Origin: Vulcanisaeta sp. AZ3
GTDB lineage: Archaea > Thermoproteota > Thermoprotei > Thermoproteales > Thermocladiaceae
Assembly: GCA_000960865.2 (NCBI GenBank)
Contig: JZWU02000035.1
Location: forward strand, 1-13,790
Length of the DNA: 13,790 nt
Direction: 5' to 3'
The notes beneath the pieces are model-generated. The model made no database searches and was not told the origin of the DNA. It worked only from the letters and a program-made list of their open reading frames with translations. This document shows positions 7,794-13,790 of the stretch, one piece after another (positions within the stretch are counted from its first letter, which is position 1; each line of letters opens with the position of its first letter). A program made the translations under genes and the position numbers.

Positions 7794-9224
7794 TCAAACA
7801 CCAACATCACCAACAGACTCAAACACAAAACGCCTATAATACCTCTTAGACACATCCGGCGGTATATTTGTAAGTTCATCCTCAGGTAATATACTGATAA
7901 CATCCCAAGCAATGTCAAGTGTTTGTTCAAATGTTCTCCTCTCATAATAACCCTGAGCTATGAACTTACGTTCAAACTGATCAGCAAACCTGAGATACCT
8001 CCTCTCACGCCAGCTCAGATTTGTCTCACCAACAAGTATTGCCAGGTTCCTAATGTCGAGGGCTCTTGAATAGGCTGCTATTAATTGGTTGGCCACGTAC
8101 TTATGGTCATCCCTGGTCTTACCTTCACCCACAGCATCCTTCATAAGCCTTGATAGACTCATGATAACATCGAAGGGTGGATAGATTCCCTTACCCCATA
8201 GTGTTCTGCTTAGGACTAATTGTCCCTCGGTTATGTATCCCGTTAGGTCTGGTATTGGGTGTGTTATGTCATCATGTGGCATTGTGAGTATTGGGAATTG
8301 CGTTATACTACCCTTCTTGCTCTTAGCTTTACCTGTCCTCTCATATATGGTTGCAAAGTCAGTATACATGTAACCGGGATAACCGCGTCTACCTGGTAAT
8401 TCACCCTTCGATGATGATAATTCCCTAAGGCCCTCTGCATAGTTTGTCATGTCCGTTAGTATGACTAGTACGTGGTAGTCCCTATACCAGGCTAAGTATT
8501 CGGCAATTGTTAATGCAGTTCTCGGCGTTAATACTCTCTCGGCAATCGGATCATTGGCCAGGTTGAGTACCATGACTAACCTCCTAAGGGCACCTGTCCT
8601 CCTAAACTCATTTAGGAAGAAAAGAGCCTCCTCTGACTTAAGACCTATAGCCGCAAAGATTATAGCGAACTCCTCCTCATGACCCCTAACCGTAGCCTGC
8701 CTAGCCACTTGAGCAGCCAGCATGTTGTGTGGTAAACCTGTACCACTGAATATTGGTAACTTCTGACCTCTAACCATAGTATTCAAACCATCAATAACAC
8801 TCACGCCAGTCTCTATTGGCTCCTCAGGATACTCCCTGGCGTAGGGATTAAGAGGTTCACCATTTATGTCTAGGTACTCCTCAGCTGGTGGCAGTGGCAT
8901 GCCATCCCTAGGTTGCCCCTTACCGTCAAGAACCCTACCTAGTAAATCCTCAGTGACGGGCATCCTCAATGTTCTACCGTAGAACTTAACCGTACTACCT
9001 ATGGCAGGTAAGCCTAGGGTGCCCGTAAGCACTTGAGCCACGGCATAATCACTACCAACCTCAATCACCTGGACCATCCTTGGCATACCATCGGGACCTA
9101 TGACCTCACCAACCTCGTTGTATGCGACACCTCTTGTTCTTTCGATAACTATTAGTGGCCCCTTAACCTCTCTAACGGTACTATACGAAACAACGCCTGG
9201 CGTTGGTTCAATTATTTTACTCAT
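7794..9224 (-). CDS. atpB: A/V-type ATP synthase subunit B
   Basis: 476 aa. [80 protein letters not shown] and SLSRLM. Confidence 0.98.
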   Translation of the reverse strand: MSKIIEPTPGVVSYSTVREVKGPLIVIERTRGVAYNEVGEVIGPDGMPRMVQVIEVGSDYAVAQVLTGTLGLPAIGSTVKFYGRTLRMPVTEDLLGRVLDGKGQPRDGMPLPPAEEYLDINGEPLNPYAREYPEEPIETGVSVIDGLNTMVRGQKLPIFSGTGLPHNMLAAQVARQATVRGHEEEFAIIFAAIGLKSEEALFFLNEFRRTGALRRLVMVLNLANDPIAERVLTPRTALTIAEYLAWYRDYHVLVILTDMTNYAEGLRELSSSKGELPGRRGYPGYMYTDFATIYERTGKAKSKKGSITQFPILTMPHDDITHPIPDLTGYITEGQLVLSRTLWGKGIYPPFDVIMSLSRLMKDAVGEGKTRDDHKYVANQLIAAYSRALDIRNLAILVGETNLSWRERRYLRFADQFERKFIAQGYYERRTFEQTLDIAWDVISILPEDELTNIPPDVSKRYYRRFVFESVGDVGV

Positions 9225-9247
9225 TAAGGTTGTTGGTTTTACAAGTG

Positions 9248-9255
9248 CTTATTAA
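9248..9255 (-). promoter_or_regulatory. TATA box of atpB
   Basis: Minus strand AAAAA-TTAATAAG, 24-31 nt upstream of ATG 9224. Confidence 0.6.
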
Positions 9256-9287
9256 TTTTTATTCCACGGGAGTCTATGGGATTGGCC

Positions 9288-9295
9288 TTTAAAAA
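9288..9295 (+). promoter_or_regulatory. TATA box of the trm5-like gene
   Basis: TTTAAAAA, 25-32 nt upstream of GTG 9320. Confidence 0.6.
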
Positions 9296-9319
9296 CTAGA
9301 CCATCCTTATTCGTTAGCA

Positions 9320-10165
9320 GTGCCGACATTGAAGGATATAATTAAGCCATTGATACCACAGGAGCTTTGGGATAGGATACCTAGGAGTTTTGATATTATT
9401 GGTTCTAGGTCTGGTGCCGTGGCTATTGTTGAAATACCACCAGAGCTTGAGGGTTATAAGGAGGTTATTGGTAGGGCCATAATTAACTTGAACAGGCATG
9501 TGAAGGCTGTGCTTAGGAGGATTGGTGCTAGAGAGGGTGAGTTTAGGCTTTATAGGTATGAGTTCCTAGTGCCTGGACCCACAGAGGTTATTCATAAGGA
9601 GGATGATTACATAATTAAGGTTGACCCAACCAAGACATACTTCTCACCTAGAGATCAGGGTGATAGGGAGGATATCGCGAGGCAAATCATGCCGGGTGAG
9701 GTCATTCTATACCCATTCGCAGGTGTTGGTCCTTATGCAATTACTATTCTTAAGAGACAGCCTCTGACCAGATTAATAATTGCCATAGAGCTTAATGAAT
9801 ACGCATATTATTACATACTCGACAATGTAGTATTGAATAAATTAAGAGGCAAAGTACTGCCCTTACTCGGTGATGCTGGGAAGCTAATGGAAATGTTTCA
9901 TAATGTTGATAGAGTAATACTCACCCTACCCCTTGGTGCGCATAAATTCCTCAGTCAATCACTCATGTGCGTTAAGGATGGGGGTATCATACATTTTTAC
10001 CACCTAGGCCCTGAGAAGGACCCCTTTGGTGAGGCCGAGAGTATCGTTAGGAGATACTGTAATGAGTTAGGGTTTGGATGTTTGGTATTTAATAGGAGGA
10101 TTGTTAGGGATTACGCTCCATATGTGTATAAGGTTAGACTAGATATTAGGGTTAGTAAGACTTAA
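9320..10165 (+). CDS. Trm5/Taw2 (Met-10+)-family SAM-dependent tRNA methyltransferase acting at position 37
   Basis: PRSFDIIG...IVEIP, GEFR, TEVIHKE, KVDPTKTYFSPR, SAM motif PFAGVGPY, IELN, GDA, DRVILTLP and GGIIHFY. Confidence 0.88.
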   Translation: MPTLKDIIKPLIPQELWDRIPRSFDIIGSRSGAVAIVEIPPELEGYKEVIGRAIINLNRHVKAVLRRIGAREGEFRLYRYEFLVPGPTEVIHKEDDYIIKVDPTKTYFSPRDQGDREDIARQIMPGEVILYPFAGVGPYAITILKRQPLTRLIIAIELNEYAYYYILDNVVLNKLRGKVLPLLGDAGKLMEMFHNVDRVILTLPLGAHKFLSQSLMCVKDGGIIHFYHLGPEKDPFGEAESIVRRYCNELGFGCLVFNRRIVRDYAPYVYKVRLDIRVSKT

Positions 10166-10177
10166 GTGTGTGTTAGG

Positions 10178-10198
10178 TTTATAAGATTACGCCTGTAA
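10178..10198 (+). promoter_or_regulatory. TATA box (TTTATAAG, 10178-10185) followed by a putative BlaI/CopY-type operator (TTACGCCTGTAA, 10187-10198)
   Basis: The TATA lies 23-30 nt upstream of ATG 10208. The inverted repeat TTAC-N4-GTAA contains TACGCCTGTA, one mismatch from TACAnnTGTA. Confidence 0.55.
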
Positions 10199-10207
10199 AC
10201 CGATATA

Positions 10208-10573
10208 ATGGCTCAAAACGAAAGGAAAAGAAAGCTCCTACTAATGATTGGGCCCTTGGAGGCTGAGGTAATCGGTATACTCAATGAGCTGGGGGAGGCA
10301 ACGGCTATGGCGATATGGGAGGAATTGACTAAAAGGGGTAAGAAGGCTGCGTACACTACGGTATTAACAGTACTTAGTAGGTTGTACACTAGGGGCTTTA
10401 TTAATAGGCGTGAGAAGATTATAAATAATGTTAGGCAGTACGTATATGAATTATCAATACCTCACGATGTTAAGAGTGAGATTATTAGAGAGCATGTGGA
10501 TTTAATTATTAGGATGTTTGGTAAGGATGCTATAAAAATAATTAAGGATTATCTAAATGAAGTCACCAAGTAA
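10208..10573 (+). CDS. BlaI/MecI/CopY (penicillinase repressor)-family winged-helix regulator
   Basis: 121 aa. IGPLEAEVIGIL...GEAT...AYTTVLTVLSRLYTRGFINR...YVY is the family signature, followed by a helical dimerisation tail. No CopY-type C-terminal CxC motif. Confidence 0.88.
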   Translation: MAQNERKRKLLLMIGPLEAEVIGILNELGEATAMAIWEELTKRGKKAAYTTVLTVLSRLYTRGFINRREKIINNVRQYVYELSIPHDVKSEIIREHVDLIIRMFGKDAIKIIKDYLNEVTK

Positions 10574-10588
10574 GAGGTAGATATTAGA

Positions 10589-10599
10589 TTTTTACTTTT
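10589..10599 (+). terminator. Putative oligo-U terminator
   Basis: TTTTTACTTTT, 16 nt after the regulator's stop codon, within the convergent gap. Confidence 0.4.
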
Positions 10600-10609
10600 A
10601 ATTAACGTA

Positions 10610-11074
10610 TTACATGAACCTTGGAAACTCTTCCTGTTCTCCTTGCTGGCCTCTCTGCTGTACAGCGCCTCTTTGTTCTATGTATAGCTTCAGTATGTCG
10701 GGCACCTCACTATTCTCAATCTTCCTTAGTATGTCCACGTATTTGCTTGTGTGATCTATATCTAATTTCACGAATTCAACAGCAATATCCCTAAGCCTCT
10801 CCTCTAACTCCTTCAGCATGTCCTCGGGCATTATTGAGGTTATCATTGGGTTGTTTAGCCAGGACTCGAAGTCCTTCAATGTCCTCTCTATATAATACAG
10901 CATGGCCTGTGCCGATAATAATAATGAGAGCCTATCCTGGCTCGTTATATAACCACCGTATTTCTGTAATTCATCCATAAACTTTCTCTGATCCTTTACC
11001 CAATTCTCTAGTCTAGTTATTAACCCCGCTATGTGGGCCCTAATGGCTTGTCTTTTCAGGTCTTCAGAGCTCAT
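10610..11074 (-). CDS. DUF2153-family conserved archaeal protein
   Basis: 154 aa from ATG 11074. LENWVKDQRK...DRLSLLL...RTLKDFESWLNNPMITSIMPEDML...LDIDHTSK matches my recollection of DUF2153. The start is supported by AAAAGG-TTTAATAG at 11116-11103. Confidence 0.8.
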   Translation of the reverse strand: MSSEDLKRQAIRAHIAGLITRLENWVKDQRKFMDELQKYGGYITSQDRLSLLLSAQAMLYYIERTLKDFESWLNNPMITSIMPEDMLKELEERLRDIAVEFVKLDIDHTSKYVDILRKIENSEVPDILKLYIEQRGAVQQRGQQGEQEEFPRFM

Positions 11075-11130
11075 AATTACCAGGTTTTGTTCGTAAATCC
11101 TCCTATTAAACCTTTTGTAGTTATTAAGTG

Positions 11131-12912
11131 TTAAAGGATGCCGAATAATACACTGAGTATTATTATGGTGAGTATTGGTAGTACGATTAATACTGTGAAG
11201 TGCTTCATCCAATCAGCAACCCCTCTCTCGGCTGCCCTAACCATATCATTAAATGAATCACCCACAAGCCTAACACCATTGATAATGACTGGATAGTACT
11301 CAATGCGTATACTCTCCATATTATCTAGACACTGCTTAACACTTCTCCTAACATTTCGCATTATTAGGTTATGACTTATTGAGTCGCCAATTATCTTATA
11401 GCCTCTGCTTCTCGTGAACCTAGCAATACCTGTATATTGATGGTTATCTGTCGTTAAGACCTCTACAATGTCAAAATACCTCCTAAACTCACTAATTATT
11501 GAATCCGCCACCTTCCTCCTTAAGTTATTCCCATCAAAAATAACTAAGAGAACCTTCTTACCATTTATCTCAAGGCCCCATGTTACTAATCCATTATCAC
11601 CAATCTCAAACTGTATAGGCCCAAAGGCGTGCTTAGGCACATGCGATACGCAGGACTTAATATTAAGCCTCTGGGGCTCAAGCTCAGCAATTCTGTTAAG
11701 TATTGTTGCTAATTCATTAATGTCATTTTCATCCCAAGTATTATCATCTGAATAATAGTTTTGAGCATCTATGAAAATTGTATTGTCCCAATCTAGCTTG
11801 ACTTTCTCTTTTATTCTCTCATAAATGCTCAGTGGAATATCATCGCTTGACTTAATAAGCCTACTAATTATTACCAAGGACTTACCACAGAGGGGTATAT
11901 GTGTAACCCTAAAGCCATTACTCTGAATCTGCACTGATATTCTACCGATACAATCGTAGCCTGATGGAGCATCATCATTAAGGGACTCCCTAACTCTCTG
12001 CGCTACTGCTCTAGCCACTCTACGTACATCGACCCTAGTAGCTGGGTCAAGTTCATGGCTACCAATGCCATGCATGTAAATTACTGGGTTAACATAGCGG
12101 CTTAGTTCATTTACCACATCACTTATTAAGTATCCACCACCAACCTTGGCGATAGGCCCAGCGTGTAATTCAGGTATTGTTACGGCGCTTACCGAATCCT
12201 CGCCATGAAGCATGAACAGGTGAACCTTAGCATCCTTGATAATTGCCTTTCTACTCAATTCTCTCTCGAAGGGTTCAGGGTACTCAAAGAGGGCTGCGTA
12301 TAGATATGAACTAAATAGTCTCAATATGTCTATACCTCCGTATGATGTTTCGAACTTAAAAACCACGTAATAAATGAATAGGAGAGAGAATGCGTAAAAG
12401 ATTGAGTCTAAGGCTATGAACTTAATTATATTAACAGTACCAATTAATACATAGGATGCAAACTGCACTATTAGGATTCCAGGCAATGTATACAGTGGGT
12501 AAATTATGTACCTCCTTAAGGAGTTGCCATTATTCTCAACCCCCCTTAATGCCATCATCATTGCACTAAGGGGTAACACTGATGATAGTACTCCAAAACC
12601 AACAATGAACCTACGGGTAATCAGAGTTACGAGTAAGTCAATAAATACTGCAAAGACGGTATTGAGTAATGACGTTGTGGTACCAAAGCCTCTGTAGGAC
12701 GGCGTGAATGTTGCAGCCCTTAATGATATGAGCACCGTTAGGAAAATAATGCCATAAATAATTAATGACTTTACATACATAATAACCGATACACGAGCAT
12801 AAAGACTCATTATGAAGGGAATAACCACCAAGGCAATCAGCAGTAAGTACCTCGACGATCCAACCCCCCTAAATACCATTGTATACCCTCGCTCAAACGA
12901 TCTGCCGCTCAC
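11131..12912 (-). CDS. DUF2070-family membrane protein (predicted metal-dependent hydrolase, neutral-ceramidase-like)
   Basis: About 6 N-terminal hydrophobic segments and one C-terminal one. Soluble domain carries PELHAGP..KVGGG, MHGIGSHELDP, FIDAQN, IFDGNN and EVLTTDNH. GTG start has a TATA at the expected spacing. Confidence 0.8.
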   Translation of the reverse strand: MSGRSFERGYTMVFRGVGSSRYLLLIALVVIPFIMSLYARVSVIMYVKSLIIYGIIFLTVLISLRAATFTPSYRGFGTTTSLLNTVFAVFIDLLVTLITRRFIVGFGVLSSVLPLSAMMMALRGVENNGNSLRRYIIYPLYTLPGILIVQFASYVLIGTVNIIKFIALDSIFYAFSLLFIYYVVFKFETSYGGIDILRLFSSYLYAALFEYPEPFERELSRKAIIKDAKVHLFMLHGEDSVSAVTIPELHAGPIAKVGGGYLISDVVNELSRYVNPVIYMHGIGSHELDPATRVDVRRVARAVAQRVRESLNDDAPSGYDCIGRISVQIQSNGFRVTHIPLCGKSLVIISRLIKSSDDIPLSIYERIKEKVKLDWDNTIFIDAQNYYSDDNTWDENDINELATILNRIAELEPQRLNIKSCVSHVPKHAFGPIQFEIGDNGLVTWGLEINGKKVLLVIFDGNNLRRKVADSIISEFRRYFDIVEVLTTDNHQYTGIARFTRSRGYKIIGDSISHNLIMRNVRRSVKQCLDNMESIRIEYYPVIINGVRLVGDSFNDMVRAAERGVADWMKHFTVLIVLPILTIIILSVLFGIL

Positions 12913-12936
12913 TCGTCAACATCCCTGAACCTAGCC

Positions 12937-12944
12937 TATTTAAA
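12937..12944 (-). promoter_or_regulatory. TATA box of the DUF2070 gene
   Basis: TTTAAATA on the minus strand, 25-32 nt upstream of GTG 12912. Confidence 0.6.
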
Positions 12945-12994
12945 GGTGACTTTGTCACAACTAGCAAATAATCAGTAATACTAGGCCTACATGA

Positions 12995-13675
12995 TCAACG
13001 CTCATCATGCTGAACTAACTCTAGGAGGACGCCATTCAACGACCTAGGATGTATGAAAACCACAATACCCTCAGCACCAACACTGGGCTGCCCAACAACC
13101 TCAAGCCCAGTCTCCCTGGCTAGCTCAATAAAGCTCTCTAAGTCATCAACTGATAAAGCAATATGATGAAGGCCCTCACCTCTCTTTTCAATGAATTTGG
13201 ATACAATGGTATTAGGGCCTAGGGGTTCAATAAGTTCTATCCTAGCATTATTATTGAGTAACACCATGTATACCTTAACACCCTGTCCTTCAACCACTAC
13301 CGGACCCTTAACCCTAAACCCCAACTTACGATACTTCTCCACAGCATCCTCTGCATTCTTAACAGCCACTGCCACATGATCAAGTCTCACACCACCTAGA
13401 CCAAGAGCTTCCCTAGCCGCCACTAAAGGCGATTTCATACCATTCATTACAGATTTTACTAAGTCTTCATTTTCATCAATTATTCCGTCCAATAATTCAT
13501 GAGCATGAAGTCTCATCTCCACAACCCTCCTCTTCTTAAGAGTCTCCTCTAAGATCCCTCTATCCTTAAGGCCTTTAAACCTCTCATCTAACCTGGCTAT
13601 TAAGTCATCAATACCAATACCATAAAGACCCGATACCTTAAGGACCATGGGCCTCCACCCCTCTCTAACCTGGCT
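12995..13675 (-). CDS. mce: 5'-truncated fusion of the MeaB/ArgK GTPase C-terminus to an intact methylmalonyl-CoA epimerase (VOC) domain
   Basis: The frame is open from 13675 (SQVREGWRPMVLKVSGLYGIGIDDL, MeaB-like; first ATG 13648) and includes the MeaB-like tail VMNGMKSPLVAAREAL. From about 13390 it reads LDHVAVAV, QGVKV, IELIEP, EGLHHIA, FIHP, GVLLELVQ, with the His/Gln/His/Glu metal ligands of the epimerase. No P-loop is present. Confidence 0.82.
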   Translation of the reverse strand, partial: SQVREGWRPMVLKVSGLYGIGIDDLIARLDERFKGLKDRGILEETLKKRRVVEMRLHAHELLDGIIDENEDLVKSVMNGMKSPLVAAREALGLGGVRLDHVAVAVKNAEDAVEKYRKLGFRVKGPVVVEGQGVKVYMVLLNNNARIELIEPLGPNTIVSKFIEKRGEGLHHIALSVDDLESFIELARETGLEVVGQPSVGAEGIVVFIHPRSLNGVLLELVQHDER

Positions 13676-13790
13676 CTAAGTCAATGGGTATACCGGTTGC
13701 CCTAGAGTACCCGACTGCAAACGGCAACGCTGTATCCGGTACTCCTATAACTGTGTCTCCTTGTATGGGCCTCTCCTTGGCCAACTGTTC
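13665..13790 (-). pseudogene. purF: 3'-truncated amidophosphoribosyltransferase (PurF-like) fragment entering from the right edge
   Basis: Hand translation from 13790: EQLAKERPIQGDTVIGVPDTALPFAVGYSRATGIPIDL-EPG*. This is the PurF LAKE.P...D.VIGVPD...A.GY...GIP segment, ending at TAG 13667-13665 before the PRPP-binding loop. It may be an assembly join rather than a true pseudogene. Confidence 0.75.

Noticed and set aside
5260-9499. ORFs 5260-5634 (-), 6488-6712 (+), 7187-7396 (+) and 9314-9499 (-)
   Set aside because: Antisense to well-supported genes, with no recognisable protein motifs.
11075-11212. 46-aa N-terminal extension of the DUF2153 ORF
   Set aside because: It overlaps the DUF2070 3' end and runs through the gene's own BRE/TATA; family similarity begins after ATG 11074.
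11468-13379. ORFs 11468-11755, 12506-12697 and 13191-13379 (all +)
   Set aside because: Antisense shadows of DUF2070 and mce.
1-13790. A single novel multi-gene system (defence island, mobile element, or tRNA-modification operon of valS/ttuA/trm5)
   Set aside because: The genes are mixed in orientation, mostly have their own promoters and are core housekeeping functions. I saw no integrase, transposase, nuclease, toxin, att site, tRNA or repeat array.

Overview
Archaeal housekeeping region. The gene set, AGG/AGA-rich Arg codons, TATA boxes about 24-32 nt before leaderless starts and a stand-alone atpB point to Thermoproteaceae, possibly Vulcanisaeta (inference). From left to right: 5' part of cdc48 (missing from the ORF track), aEF-1beta, an MFS transporter, valS, an ACT/V4R-like protein, a TtuA/Ncs6 tRNA thiolase, ubiX, a CdrS-like ribbon-helix-helix regulator, atpB, a Trm5/Taw2-family methyltransferase, a BlaI/CopY-family repressor, DUF2153, DUF2070, a 5'-truncated MeaB-methylmalonyl-CoA epimerase fusion and a 3'-truncated purF-like fragment. 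I found no tRNA, rRNA, CRISPR array or mobile element, and I cannot support a new multi-gene system. The most notable observations are: an abrupt purF/meaB chimeric junction at about 13676 (deletion or misassembly); the MeaB-epimerase fusion; a CxxD variant of the TtuA Fe-S motif; a BlaI/CopY-type operator in an archaeal promoter; one TATA box apparently shared by two divergent genes; and sharp G/T versus A/C compositional blocks visible in synonymous codon positions. All family assignments come from motif recognition by eye, not database searches.
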